Shown: in pieces, positions 19,977 through 33,331 of the stretch
Layout: every line of letters begins with the position of its first letter
Position numbering within the stretch: position 1 is the first letter of the stretch
From: Bdellovibrionota bacterium
GTDB lineage: Bacteria > Bdellovibrionota > UBA1018 > CAIPTA01 > JAALKR01
Direction of reading: 5' to 3'
Length of the DNA stretch: 64,000 nucleotides
NCBI GenBank assembly: GCA_965207455.1
Contig: CBDBMJ010000001.1
Location: forward strand, 416,001-480,000
Program-made: the position numbers and the translations under genes
The notes under the pieces: generated by a model
The model's database searches: none
Seen by the model: only the letters and a program-made list of their open reading frames with translations
What the model was told of the DNA's origin: nothing

Positions 19977-21410
19977 CTAACCGTATGCAGTGGAATGTAT
20001 CTCTGTTGATAGGTCGTCGAAAATCTTTATTAATTTTTTCCGAACCTCCTTTTTGAATGAGAGGATCAATCGCATAAAGTCAAAAGTTTTCATGATAGCA
20101 AAAGTTGTTTCTGTATACACGATAATATCAGGGTTTTTCTCTTCTGGCCGCTTTTGCCTGTATGTTTTTAATGTGAAATCATCAAGTGAATCACACTCTT
20201 CCGAGTTAAGAAAGAGATTAAAAAGATTATAAGCAATCGTTCCCATTACAACCCTAAAGACAACCTGGGTGTATTTTTTGGAAGGCAGTTTTTCTAGTCC
20301 CTGGAAACATTTCATTTGGCGGTGAGATTCTTCAATTTCTGTGCGCAAGTCATAAGTGCTTAAAACTGCCTTTGCTGATTTATTCTTCCTAGTATCTGCA
20401 AAAATAATGTTTTCTTCCTCACCGTTTCTCTTTGTAAAATTAACTAATACACCACTTTTAAATACAGAAAACGATTTCCAGTCCAAATCGTCCTCCTTAA
20501 GCTCTTTTATTCTTTGTTGGTACCTTGTGGGATGAGGCGCCCATTTATTTTCTGCCAAGGCTTCAGCGACTACGTATTTACTTACCTCTAAACTCTTTTT
20601 TAAGGGAATACAGATATCAATTCCACGATCCTGCTTTAAAGAGGTTATCCATTTGCTATCTAAAAAACCTCTATCCATGATTAAAACGGAATTTCTTTCA
20701 AAATTAAAGTCCTTTACCAGCTCTCTTCCAAGGGTGAGGTCATGCTCATTGATAGGGGCAAATTTCATTGCACGAATAACTCCCTTTCGGTCAATAATTT
20801 CTTGAATCCAGACAACCTTATATCCATACTCAGAATCATTCTCAGCATTTTTTAAAACTCCAGCACCTTGAAAACTTTCGAAAAGATGTTTTGGAACATG
20901 TAACTTAGTTCCATCAATAATATAGTGATGAGTTCTTCCAACCGACTGCTCTTTGAATATATTATTTAGGATACCATTAAACCAATCTACTATATCCTCT
21001 GCCTTAGTTGATAGTAAGACGTGTTTTAGAGTCTCTCCATGAAATGCAGCTTCTCTAGGGTACTTATTTTTTCCATTAAACCCCTCTTCCAGCACTTTGG
21101 CTGAGTATCTTAATTTAGCTATAAGCTCTGCTGAATTTAACATATAAGGCGCTGAAACTAACGAGTGTTCATCATTTAGCCGTTGAATAATCTGCGCTAA
21201 TAAAAGAAACTCAATAGGAACTTCGTATCTTTTTCTTGGATCAGGAAAGGACTTTAATACATCCTGCAAGAACCCTGCATCGAGAGCATACTTGGCAATG
21301 GAATCGACCGGCATTTTTTGGCTTATTCTAACAGACTCTATAATGCCCTTCTTCAGTGATTCAATCGTCTTTTTCTTATCATTTTTTATTATTGGTAGAT
21401 CAGGAAACAT
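19977..21410 (-). mobile_element. DDE transposase (IS4-like); imperfect IRs possibly at ~19893 and ~21469
   Basis: IIDGT, MDRGF and YDLRTEIEESHRQMK motifs; CACTGCCGTTTACTAAA versus CAATACCGTGTATGAAA. Confidence 0.78.
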
Positions 21411-21622
21411 TCTAAAAGGTTAAATTATTTTTGATCAAAACGCATGATTATTTTTCATACACGGTATTGGAGTTCAAATGAAGAATTTTTTAACACTCTT
21501 TCTTGTATTTATTTTTTCTTTGACACGAATTCTCTCCGTTTCACAATTTTCCTTAATCTTTTGTCCATCCTTCCGATAAAATAGATAATGTTTGAGAGAT
21601 TAAAAGATTTAAGGAGAAATTT

Positions 21623-23857
<2,235 letters not shown>

Positions 23858-24228
23858 ATAGAAAATAAAAAATAGAGAAACTAATTATTAGGATAAATTG
23901 AGAATGCTAATATGAGAGAAATTTTTGCTTGAACTTTTATAAATTGTTAGGCCTCAGATTTACAAGAAATTAATAGAGTCCCTGTTTTAGGGAACAATTC
24001 AGTGTGAGCTATGCTATTCAGCTCCTTAACTCGTCGCAATAAATCCTTACTATCAGGCAGATTCACTGTCGAAGGTATAATTTTTTTTAATCACAAAGAA
24101 TAAAAAATATCATTATATTTATTTCTAGCTTTGTTCGATAAGTGTACATGAAAGAGAAGTCAACATACCTGATTCGTGGACATTGGAATGCTTTTGTATC
24201 ATGGGTCAGAAGAAAGGGAATAGGGATT

Positions 24229-25437
24229 ATGGAAAAGCTAGAAAACAGAACAAAAACAGCTACATCGATGGTTTCTGTGCTAAATATGGCTAGTTGCGCG
24301 AGAAGGTCGGACGATTGCTTCTTAACACTCAAGCAAGTAGAGGAGCCATTTCACTCTCTAAAGAATCGAGAAGACGATGGAGGCCTCACAAATGTCGTAA
24401 AGATTTTTGAAAAGCAGGAGGAGCACACCTCCCTCGATAGAGCCACGAAGGTGGCAAAAGATATTATGGCAGAGGTTATGCAGTTCCGTCGCATGCCGAA
24501 CCATGAAAATTGCGATTTGCCCTGCCCCTCGTGCCTCTCGCCCCATCTACCCAAAGTCACTTCTGCAATTCAACAGGGAAAACCCGTTACTTTCGTACTT
24601 CCCGCATTTCCAGGTAAGTCGCCCAATCTTGCGAAGGTTCTTGGAGCAATGCCAGACATAGCCGAGCAACACTCCCTCCAGTTCCTAAATCAACTTTGCA
24701 ATCGCATTCGAAAGCATTACTTGCCAGGCGCTCGAGTTATCTTGTGCTCAGATGGTCGGGTTTTTAGCGACATCGTAGGTATGCGCGAGAAAGACGTAAC
24801 CGACTACCAACACGAACTGGCTCAAATGATCAAAGAACTCAACCTTGAAAATCTTTCAACCTTTAACCTCGATGAACTGTGCGACGGAAGAGACTTCGTT
24901 CAAATGCGTAACGAGCTAATGGACGAATATGGAAAGTCGCTGGAATCTCTTAGAGAAAAAGTTCGACGAGGCGGAAAACTCTCTGAAAACTCAGAAGACC
25001 AAGAAGCACACCGTATGTACTGCGGAATTACCCGATTCTTGTTCGAAGACTCCATGTACCCCGGTCAGACAAAAAGCCGTACAGCAGTCCAAAAAGACTC
25101 CCGAATTAGAGCCTATCAAGTTATCCGTAGAAGCAATGCTTGGAGTGAACTCATTGGAGAACTCTTCCCCGATGCAGTTCGATTCTCCATTCATCCTCAA
25201 ACCTGTGGAGCAAAAAAGCTTGGTATTCGCCTTATGGAAGCCGAAAGCTGGATGACTCCTTGGCATGGAGTCGCGATGAAGACAGATGAGGGCTTTGTCC
25301 TTCTCAAGCGCTCACAGGCCGAAGCCCTAGGAGCTCAAATGGTATGCTCGGAAAATGGACGTCCCAGCCATTATGATTTGACGGCAAGCCAAACAGCGGT
25401 TAACTTAGAAAGCAGAAAAATTAAGGTATCATTATGA
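24229..25437 (+). CDS. pvcA: Isonitrile synthase (PvcA/IsnA/Dit1 family)
   Basis: FVLPAFPGKSPN, CSDGRVFSD, RSNAWSELI, RFSIHPQ and TPWHG motifs; start uncertain (24142-24286). Confidence 0.9.
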   Translation: MEKLENRTKTATSMVSVLNMASCARRSDDCFLTLKQVEEPFHSLKNREDDGGLTNVVKIFEKQEEHTSLDRATKVAKDIMAEVMQFRRMPNHENCDLPCPSCLSPHLPKVTSAIQQGKPVTFVLPAFPGKSPNLAKVLGAMPDIAEQHSLQFLNQLCNRIRKHYLPGARVILCSDGRVFSDIVGMREKDVTDYQHELAQMIKELNLENLSTFNLDELCDGRDFVQMRNELMDEYGKSLESLREKVRRGGKLSENSEDQEAHRMYCGITRFLFEDSMYPGQTKSRTAVQKDSRIRAYQVIRRSNAWSELIGELFPDAVRFSIHPQTCGAKKLGIRLMEAESWMTPWHGVAMKTDEGFVLLKRSQAEALGAQMVCSENGRPSHYDLTASQTAVNLESRKIKVSL

Positions 25438-26270
25438 AATATACAACCTCAAGACTTGAACCCTTTGGCTTACTGATCGAGCCGCTTCACTCAAACGACG
25501 ATGTACACACCCTCGATGTGGAGGAACTGCGGGATCTTTTTCAGCGCGAACACCTCATTGCCCTAAGGGGTTTTCATACATTTAAGGGAGCAGAGGGCTT
25601 TTCCGAGTACTGTGAACGCTGGGGGGAAGTCAGCCTATGGCCCTTTGGCAAAGTGCTGGAGCTTGTAGAGCAGGATAATCCAGAAGATCATATTTTCGAC
25701 TCCAGCTACGTTCCCCTACACTGGGATGGAATGTATCGCCCCCAAGTTCCCGAGTACCAGATATTTCACTGTGTTCAGGCACCCCCAGCAGATTCTGGAG
25801 GTCGCACTACTTTTTCAAACACCGTGCTTGCCCTAGAACATGCTCCAAGCCATGTACGCTCACTTTGGAGCAAGGTCACCGGTGTTTATCACCGAAAGAT
25901 GGAGTTCTATAACAGCAAAACAGTCTCACCTATCATTACTCGCCACCCACAGAGAGATTACCCTGTGATTCGTTATAATGAGCCTCCAGTGGAGACAGAC
26001 AAAGACTTTGTTAACCCTCCAGTACTGGAGTTTACTGGTCTAAATGCTGAGGATCTTTCAGAATTTCATCGCAGTTTACAGGAAGCGCTCCGTGCTCCCA
26101 GCAATTTTTACGCCCATGAATGGCACACAGGAGATATTGTTATTTCCGACAATTTCACCCTTTTGCATGGTCGAGAATCCTTTGTATCAAAAGCACCACG
26201 ACACCTTCGACGAGTTCATGTACTCAGCGATCCCCCACTGAATAACCCCGGTTTGGAATCCTACAAATGA
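25434..26270 (+). CDS. pvcB: Fe(II)/2-oxoglutarate oxygenase (PvcB/IsnB, TauD family)
   Basis: PLHWDGMY, GGRTTFSNT and DNFTLLHGR motifs; overlaps the pvcA stop. Confidence 0.9.
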   Translation: MKYTTSRLEPFGLLIEPLHSNDDVHTLDVEELRDLFQREHLIALRGFHTFKGAEGFSEYCERWGEVSLWPFGKVLELVEQDNPEDHIFDSSYVPLHWDGMYRPQVPEYQIFHCVQAPPADSGGRTTFSNTVLALEHAPSHVRSLWSKVTGVYHRKMEFYNSKTVSPIITRHPQRDYPVIRYNEPPVETDKDFVNPPVLEFTGLNAEDLSEFHRSLQEALRAPSNFYAHEWHTGDIVISDNFTLLHGRESFVSKAPRHLRRVHVLSDPPLNNPGLESYK

Positions 26271-27757
26271 ACCAACTTTTGACAGGAAGCCAATACCTAG
26301 AAAGCCTACGCGATGGGCGAAATGTTTACTTGAACGGCGAAAAGGTTAGCGATGTAACCACTCACCCTGCGTTTCGTAATAGCGCTCTATCGATTAGTCG
26401 AATGTACGATGCGCTTCACGATCCTAAAAGCAAGGAAACACTCACAGCCATCGATGAATTTGGAACTCGTACACATAAGTTTTTTAAGCCCAGTAGAAGT
26501 GTGCAGGATCTTGTGGAAGCAAGAGAGGCCATTGCCCACTGGCAAAGAATGGGATACGGCTTTCTTGGTCGCACACCTGAGTATAAGGCATCGTTTATGG
26601 CAGGACTAGCTGTGAATGCGGATTACTACGGGTCATTTTCCGAGACTGCGAAAGGATGGTATCGGGAGTTCACACAAAAGGGTTTATACCTTAACCATGT
26701 GATTATCAATCCTCCAATCGACCGAAAGCGACCCATTCACGAGATGGGTGAAGAGTTTATCCACGCCGTTCGAGAAACCGACGCTGGAATTATCGTTAGT
26801 GGTGCAAAAATGCTTGCCACAGGTTCAGCAATTACACACGCAAGCTTTGTTGCTCCAGTGGCGTCCGCTGTTCTTGAACCAGGCAGGGCCGAGGATTTTG
26901 CCCTCGTATTCTTCGTTCGAATGAATAATCCCAAATTACGCTTAATTTGCCGTGCACCCTTTGGTACACGCGCTCCTTTCGACCAACCACTTTCCAGTCG
27001 ATTTGATGAAAACGATGCGGTTTTGATTCTTGATGAAGCCTTTATTCCTTGGGAGGACGTGCTCGTATACCGGGATATCGATCGTTCCACTCAGTTTTAT
27101 GTCAAGTCCGGTTTTCCCAACCTATACAACTTTCAATCGGCTATTCGACTTTCTACAAAGCTTGAGTTTATGACCGGGCTTCTCTCTCGCTGCGTGCGAT
27201 CCAATGGCACCGATTCCTTTCGAGGCGTTCAGGCAGCACTGGGTGAAATGATTTCTATGCGAAATATGGTTTGGGCTCTGACCAGTGCGATGGCCTACGA
27301 TCCTGAACCGTCAACGGGTGGCACTGTGGTTCCTCGCCTCGATCACGCAACAGCTATGCGCATGTATAATGCGCAGATTTGGGCACGAGTGCATGAACTT
27401 TTTGAAGTAAATTTAGGAGGATCTCCCATTGTCGTTCCTTCCAGTTGCCACGACTTAAAAAACAAGGAACTCAAGCCGCTCATCGATCGCTACTACCGTG
27501 GCGCTGACTGTAGTGCCGAAGAACGAATTCAACTCCTCAAGCTGGCATGGGACGCTATTGGTTCCGAGTTCGGAGGACGAGACGAACTCTACGAACGCAA
27601 TTATTCTGGAAACGGAGAACAGGTTCGATTGGACGCCCTAAAATGGGCAAAAAAAAGCGGATCCCTGGAACGCTTCGAAGGGTTCGTGCAAGAATGCATG
27701 GATGATTACAATGTGGACGGTTGGGTGCGCGGCCCTTGGAAGAATGGGGGCAACTGA
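26267..27757 (+). CDS. Two-component flavin monooxygenase, oxygenase subunit (HpaB/PvcC-like)
   Basis: YLESLRDGR.V, DVTTHPAFRN, SSRFDENDA and EFGGR..LYE motifs. Confidence 0.9.
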   Translation: MNQLLTGSQYLESLRDGRNVYLNGEKVSDVTTHPAFRNSALSISRMYDALHDPKSKETLTAIDEFGTRTHKFFKPSRSVQDLVEAREAIAHWQRMGYGFLGRTPEYKASFMAGLAVNADYYGSFSETAKGWYREFTQKGLYLNHVIINPPIDRKRPIHEMGEEFIHAVRETDAGIIVSGAKMLATGSAITHASFVAPVASAVLEPGRAEDFALVFFVRMNNPKLRLICRAPFGTRAPFDQPLSSRFDENDAVLILDEAFIPWEDVLVYRDIDRSTQFYVKSGFPNLYNFQSAIRLSTKLEFMTGLLSRCVRSNGTDSFRGVQAALGEMISMRNMVWALTSAMAYDPEPSTGGTVVPRLDHATAMRMYNAQIWARVHELFEVNLGGSPIVVPSSCHDLKNKELKPLIDRYYRGADCSAEERIQLLKLAWDAIGSEFGGRDELYERNYSGNGEQVRLDALKWAKKSGSLERFEGFVQECMDDYNVDGWVRGPWKNGGN

Positions 27758-29628
27758 TGTGCGGAATCACAGGATGGGTCGACTTTAACCAAAATCCAGA
27801 AACTCAAACTCTTCAAGCCATGACGAAAACCCTCGAAAGACGGGGACCAGATGGCAGCGGCGTATGGATGGATAAGCACGTTGGTTTGGGACACCGTCGT
27901 TTGGCAGTGATCGACCCTCAAGGAGGCGCTCAACCCATGTTGAGTCCAGAACAGTCGAAAAAAAATGTTCCACTTGCGGTTATCTCCTATAACGGTGAAG
28001 TATATAACTTTCGCGAGCTAAGAGAAGAACTGAAAACCTTGGGCCATACATTTCGAACTCAGTGTGATACTGAGGTTATCCTTCGCGCATTCCTTGAATG
28101 GAAGTTGGATTGCGTGCAAAAACTTAATGGCATTTATGCGTTTGCGATATGGGACAGTGAGAACGAAGAGCTCTTACTTGTTCGGGATCGCCTTGGTGTT
28201 AAGCCACTTTTTTATTATCCACTTGAGGACGGCATACTCTTTGGTTCAGAACCTAAAGCCATCCTTGCTAATCCACTTGCCCATGCAAGAGTTTCACGAG
28301 AGGAACTTTGCGACGCGCTTCTCTTTTTGCGTACTCCAGGGAGAGTGCCCTTTCAAGGGATGAGCGAACTCAAGCCCGGGTATATTTTACGTGTTCGCCG
28401 TGGAGGAATCCGAGAGGAGCGCTACTGGAGTCTTGAAGCTCGACCCCATACGGATGATATGGAAACTACGATTAAAACCGTTCGCGAACTTTTAGAAGAC
28501 ACCGTAACTCGACAAATGGTTTCAGATGTGCCACTTTGTTCACTACTTTCTGGAGGACTGGATTCCAGTGCAGTGTCTGCTTTTGCTCAGCGAGTTCGTC
28601 GCTCTCAAGGTGAGAAGATTTCAACTTTCGTGGTGGATTTTATTGGTCAGACGGATAATTACCAAGCAGATCCCATTCGTCCCTCTCCAGATTTACCCTT
28701 TGCCCAAGAAGTCGCTGACCATATTGAATCAGACCATCACGAAGTTATACTCGACAAAGCACGTCTCATCGATCCAGAAGTACGTGAAGCCGTGCTTAAC
28801 TCCTGGGATCTTCCCTTTAACTTCGGAGACCTTGATATTTCTCTGTACTTACTCTTTATGGCTGTTCGTAAACACGCAACAGTTGTTCTCTCTGGAGAAG
28901 CTGCCGATGAACTTTTTGGAGGTTATCTTTGGTTTAACGATGAGAACGCCATACAAGCCGAGACCTTTCCGTGGCTCAAGCTAGCTGCCCATAAAGGATT
29001 GAATCCAAGTGCTCTCTTTAACAAATCATTCCTTGAAAAACTTCGACTGGACGAATACCAAAACGACCTCTACCAGTCGGCCTTGCAAGAAGTGCCTCGC
29101 TTAGAAGGTGAAAATTCGAAAGAAGCTCGACTTCGCGAGATTGCCTATCTCACACTCACCCGTTGGCTTCCCATTCTGCTGGAAAAGAAAGATCGAATGA
29201 GTATGGCAGTGGGGATCGAAGGTCGCGTTCCCTTTTGTGATCATCGACTTGTGGAATACGTTTTCAATATTCCTTGGGAGATGAAAAAATCCTTTGCCTT
29301 GGAAAAAGGAATTCTTCGTGAAGCTGTAAAAGACCTTCTTCCTAAATCAGTGGTTCAACGTAAGAAGGCAGCGTATCCGACAGTTCAAGATCCGCAATAC
29401 GATCAAGAATTAGCATCCCTGTTGAACTCAAGTTTGAAAAATCCAAACTCTGCATTGCACGCATACTTGTCGAAAGAAGGTGTGGAAAAGATTGTGGCTA
29501 AGAGCGATCAAGCTGCCCTATCGGAATTTGAGCGCATTCTTGTGGAGTCGACAGTAAGGTTAGATGCTTGGATCACTAAGTACAATATCGAAATGCCAGA
29601 TTGGAGTAATGAAAATGAAAGCCATTAG
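27757..29628 (+). CDS. Asparagine synthetase-like glutamine amidotransferase
   Basis: MCGI Ntn start overlapping the upstream TGA; RRGPD, LSGGLDSS and SGEAADELFGGY motifs. Confidence 0.9.
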   Translation: MCGITGWVDFNQNPETQTLQAMTKTLERRGPDGSGVWMDKHVGLGHRRLAVIDPQGGAQPMLSPEQSKKNVPLAVISYNGEVYNFRELREELKTLGHTFRTQCDTEVILRAFLEWKLDCVQKLNGIYAFAIWDSENEELLLVRDRLGVKPLFYYPLEDGILFGSEPKAILANPLAHARVSREELCDALLFLRTPGRVPFQGMSELKPGYILRVRRGGIREERYWSLEARPHTDDMETTIKTVRELLEDTVTRQMVSDVPLCSLLSGGLDSSAVSAFAQRVRRSQGEKISTFVVDFIGQTDNYQADPIRPSPDLPFAQEVADHIESDHHEVILDKARLIDPEVREAVLNSWDLPFNFGDLDISLYLLFMAVRKHATVVLSGEAADELFGGYLWFNDENAIQAETFPWLKLAAHKGLNPSALFNKSFLEKLRLDEYQNDLYQSALQEVPRLEGENSKEARLREIAYLTLTRWLPILLEKKDRMSMAVGIEGRVPFCDHRLVEYVFNIPWEMKKSFALEKGILREAVKDLLPKSVVQRKKAAYPTVQDPQYDQELASLLNSSLKNPNSALHAYLSKEGVEKIVAKSDQAALSEFERILVESTVRLDAWITKYNIEMPDWSNENESH

Positions 29629-30586
29629 AGTAACAGATTCAGGAGGCCCGGAAGTTCTCGTTTACGAAGATCGATCCGATCCCACTCCAGGGGAAAATGA
29701 TCTCTTGGTAGCAACTGATGCCATTAGTGTGAATTTTATCGATCTCTATCGTCGGGAAGGACGCTACCCACAGCCACCTCCGGGTGTTCCGGGGGAGGAG
29801 GGGTCGGGTCGAGTGATTGCTGTAGGCTCTGGTGTCAGTGAATTTTCCGTTGGAGATAAAGTTGCGTGGACAACTGTTATGGGCAGTTACGCAGAGAAAG
29901 TGATTGTGTCAGTTGAAAAAGCCATTCACGTTCCAGAAGGAATAGACATGCAAACCGCTGCCGCTGCTCTTGTGATCGGAATGACTGCCCATTATCTCGT
30001 CTACGATTCCTATAAGGTGAAGGAAGGGGATACTTTGCTTGTGCATGCTGCGGCTGGGGGAGTGGGATCGATTCTTGTGCGAATGATAAAGTCGCTGGGT
30101 GGTCGAGTGATTGGAACAGTTTCTACTGAGTCGAAAGAAAAATCGGCAAGAGAGAATGGAGCGGATGAAGTGATCCGTTACGATCGGATTAAAGATTGGC
30201 CAGCAGAGGTTAGGCGTCTCACCGATGGTAAAGGTGTGGATGCCGTCTACGACGGGGTGGCCGCTGCCACATACAAGGGGAGCATTGCCTCTCTTCGGAT
30301 GCGAGGAACTTTAGTTCTTTTTGGAGGAGCCAGCGGTCCTGTTCCTCCTTTCGACATCATGGAGCTAGCATGGGCTGGTTCTTTAACTCTCACACGTCCC
30401 TATCTTGAGCACTTTCGCGCAACGAGGGAAGAATTTCTTTGGAGGGCAAATGATGTTTTTCAGGGCATACTTGATAATAAATTCGGCGTTACGATCGGTG
30501 GAACCTATCCATTAGCCCAAGCAGCTGATGCGCATAGAGATCTAGCTAGTCGCAACGCTAAAGGAAAACTTTTATTAATTCCGTGA
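29615..30586 (+). CDS. NADPH:quinone oxidoreductase (MDR family)
   Basis: GGPEVL, VNFID, HAAAGGVG and VYDGV motifs. Confidence 0.9.
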   Translation: MKAIRVTDSGGPEVLVYEDRSDPTPGENDLLVATDAISVNFIDLYRREGRYPQPPPGVPGEEGSGRVIAVGSGVSEFSVGDKVAWTTVMGSYAEKVIVSVEKAIHVPEGIDMQTAAAALVIGMTAHYLVYDSYKVKEGDTLLVHAAAGGVGSILVRMIKSLGGRVIGTVSTESKEKSARENGADEVIRYDRIKDWPAEVRRLTDGKGVDAVYDGVAAATYKGSIASLRMRGTLVLFGGASGPVPPFDIMELAWAGSLTLTRPYLEHFRATREEFLWRANDVFQGILDNKFGVTIGGTYPLAQAADAHRDLASRNAKGKLLLIP

Positions 30587-30594
30587 GGTGATCT

Positions 30595-31446
30595 ATGAGT
30601 AAAATTGTTGGAGCTGGCCTGCTTTCTCATGCGCCAGTGATTATGTTTCCAGAGTCTGTGCGAATTGAAGCAAATGGCGGTCAAGACTTCACACTGGCTA
30701 CGGGGCTTAAGCGTTTACGAAGTGAAGTATTTGATCAAGTTGAGCATGATACGGTGATTGTTTTGGATACCCACTGGGCCACAACCACAGAGTTTGTGGT
30801 GTCTTCTCATAAAAATCGATCCGGCAAATTCACCTCAAGCGAAATGCCCATGCTTTTTCATCAAGTCCCTTACGATTTTTCTGGAGATCCAGAACTTGCG
30901 CATGCGATATGTGAAGAAGCCAACAATTCTTGGGCAGCTCCAGCAGATGATCCTTACCTTCCAATTCAATACGCCACACTCAACCTTCAATCCTACCTCG
31001 CCAAACCCAATCAAGCATGGGTTTCCATTTCGATTTGCCAGACGGCAACTACAGAGGATTTTCTTCGTTTTGGTGCTGCGATCTCTCGTGCCATTGAGAA
31101 AACAGGTCGACGGGTAATGCTTATCGCTTCAGGAGGATTGTCCCATGTGTTTCAACCCCTTTCAGTTTTGCGCGAACACATGGCCGGCGATCCAAAAAAT
31201 ATTATTTCAGAAGAGGCTCGCACAGCAGATCTGGAACGAATCGCTTGGCTTGAAGCTGGCAATCATAAGCAAGTTATAGAGACCATGTCAGATTATATGA
31301 AATTTGAACCAGAGGCGCGCTTTGGTCATTATTTAATGCTCGTTGGAGCTTTGGGAGGAAACGCCTGCACTCTTTCTGGCAAGCGATACAGCGACTATGA
31401 AAGTGGTATTGGCACTGGTCATATTCATCTTTGGTTTCAGCCATGA
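30595..31446 (+). CDS. Class III extradiol catechol dioxygenase (LigB/HpaD-like)
   Basis: SHAP, DTHW, ASGGLSH and EARFGHY motifs. Confidence 0.82.
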   Translation: MSKIVGAGLLSHAPVIMFPESVRIEANGGQDFTLATGLKRLRSEVFDQVEHDTVIVLDTHWATTTEFVVSSHKNRSGKFTSSEMPMLFHQVPYDFSGDPELAHAICEEANNSWAAPADDPYLPIQYATLNLQSYLAKPNQAWVSISICQTATTEDFLRFGAAISRAIEKTGRRVMLIASGGLSHVFQPLSVLREHMAGDPKNIISEEARTADLERIAWLEAGNHKQVIETMSDYMKFEPEARFGHYLMLVGALGGNACTLSGKRYSDYESGIGTGHIHLWFQP

Positions 31447-32186
31447 AGACCATACTAATTACTGGAGCAACTTCAGGGCTTGGACGTTACCTAGCGGGGC
31501 GACTTTCTGATCATAAATTGCTCTTGCATGGTCGTAACCAACAGCGCACAGAAGAATTAGCAGCCCACCTCGATGCCCAACCGTACGTGGCAGACTTGAG
31601 TGATCTTTCTCAGGTGCGCAGGCTTGCAGGTGAAGTCCTTGCCGATCAATCCAAGATCGATATTTTAATTAACAACGCTGGAATTGGTTACGGTACTGAA
31701 CGGGAACTGTCTATCGATGGTCACGAGTTAAGATTTGCTGTAATGTACCTTGCTCCCGTTCTACTCACTCGCCTGATACTGCCTTCCATTACTTCACAGG
31801 TGTTAAACATCGGATCAGCGGGGCAAGAGTCCATCGACTTTGACGATATAAATATTGAGAAAAACTACAATGGAGTGACGGCCTACAGGCGAGCCAAACT
31901 TGCACTTGTCATGGCCACATTTGATCTGGCTCAATTGATGCCCAACCTGAGGGTGAATGTCATACATCCAGCAACCTATATGGATACGAATATAGTTCGT
32001 AGTGGGGGAGGCGTTCCAATCAACACGGTTAAGCACGGTGGCGAGGCAACTTTAAAAGTGCTGGACTCTTCCCTAACGGGTACCTATTTTTTTGAGGATC
32101 AACCCACAGAGGCCCATAAAGATGCGTACTGTGAGGAACTTCGCGCTCGACTACGAGATTTGACGAACAAAATTCTGGAGAGCTGA
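31443..32186 (+). CDS. Short-chain dehydrogenase/reductase
   Basis: TGATSGLG, NNAG and YRRAK motifs. Confidence 0.9.
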   Translation: MKTILITGATSGLGRYLAGRLSDHKLLLHGRNQQRTEELAAHLDAQPYVADLSDLSQVRRLAGEVLADQSKIDILINNAGIGYGTERELSIDGHELRFAVMYLAPVLLTRLILPSITSQVLNIGSAGQESIDFDDINIEKNYNGVTAYRRAKLALVMATFDLAQLMPNLRVNVIHPATYMDTNIVRSGGGVPINTVKHGGEATLKVLDSSLTGTYFFEDQPTEAHKDAYCEELRARLRDLTNKILES

Positions 32187-33331
32187 TGAAAAAACTTATT
32201 TTTTTATCAGCGGGTATGTTTACGATGGGCTGTAGTAGCTATATTATTGCAGGGCTTTTGCCAGGAATTGGTTCCACCCTTAATACATCTATCGCGGCAA
32301 CGGGACAAGGTATCACTGCCTTTGGTGCCACGTACGTTGTTTGTGCTCCAATCTTTGCGGTTCTCTTAGCCAAGCAACCAGCTCGTCTTATTCTTCTTAT
32401 CTCGTTGACTATTTTTGCCATTGGCAACGTTCTCACTCTCCTATCGACAAATTTTTCGCTTTATCTTTTCAGTCGTGCAATTGCTGGAGCTGGTGCGGGA
32501 CTGTATTCTCCTATTTGTGTAGCGGTTGCGGTTCAACTGGTAGGGTCGGAAGCGAGGGGGCGCGCACTCAGTATGGTTTGGGGAGCAAACAGTGCAGGTG
32601 CAGTGATTGGAGTTCCCTTAGGTCTTTGGCTTTCGGAAAAATACGGATGGCAGGCGTCTATTGGTTTAATTTTGGCTTTTGCTTTGTTCTCTTTCTTAGG
32701 CATTGCGATTAAAAAAGTGGAACTCAATGTGAAGGCGCTACCATCGCTGAGAGAGCGACTGCGACTACTTATTGATCATCGAGTATTGTCAGTTATAGGT
32801 ATCACCTGTATCACTGCCACAGGAAGTTTGGGTCTTTATTCGTATGTGTCGGCGATGCATTTTGGAGTTACAAATTCATTGATGTCTGTATTGTTTGTGT
32901 GGAGCCTCGGTGGCCTGATCGGTAGCAACCTTGTTGGTTATGTTGTCGATAGTACTAGACAACCTCGTCAGGTGATGGCAGTGATTCTAGCGATTCTTAT
33001 GGTTTCAATATTTTTGCTTCCTATTCTTCACTCTCTTCCGATTATAGGTCTTTTGCCATTTTTTATTTGGGGAGCTATGGGTTGGGCAACCGTTACTCCC
33101 CAACAACACATATTGATTGGACTTCAACCCACACAGGGTGCAACACTTGCAGCTTTAAACGGTTCAGCACTCAGTCTTGGTGGCGTCCTTGGAGCAGCCT
33201 TCGGCGGCCTACTCATAGCAAGTGAATTTGATGCGAGAAACCTGCCCTATATGGCAGCTACTTTACTGTTATTTGCGTTTTTATGGCAATTGCTTTTAAT
33301 TAAGCAGTCTCCCAAGGAGGTAGCAGTATGA
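32186..33331 (+). CDS. MFS efflux transporter
   Basis: About 12 hydrophobic helices; R..AG.GAG and RGRALS motifs. Confidence 0.9.
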   Translation: MKKLIFLSAGMFTMGCSSYIIAGLLPGIGSTLNTSIAATGQGITAFGATYVVCAPIFAVLLAKQPARLILLISLTIFAIGNVLTLLSTNFSLYLFSRAIAGAGAGLYSPICVAVAVQLVGSEARGRALSMVWGANSAGAVIGVPLGLWLSEKYGWQASIGLILAFALFSFLGIAIKKVELNVKALPSLRERLRLLIDHRVLSVIGITCITATGSLGLYSYVSAMHFGVTNSLMSVLFVWSLGGLIGSNLVGYVVDSTRQPRQVMAVILAILMVSIFLLPILHSLPIIGLLPFFIWGAMGWATVTPQQHILIGLQPTQGATLAALNGSALSLGGVLGAAFGGLLIASEFDARNLPYMAATLLLFAFLWQLLLIKQSPKEVAV

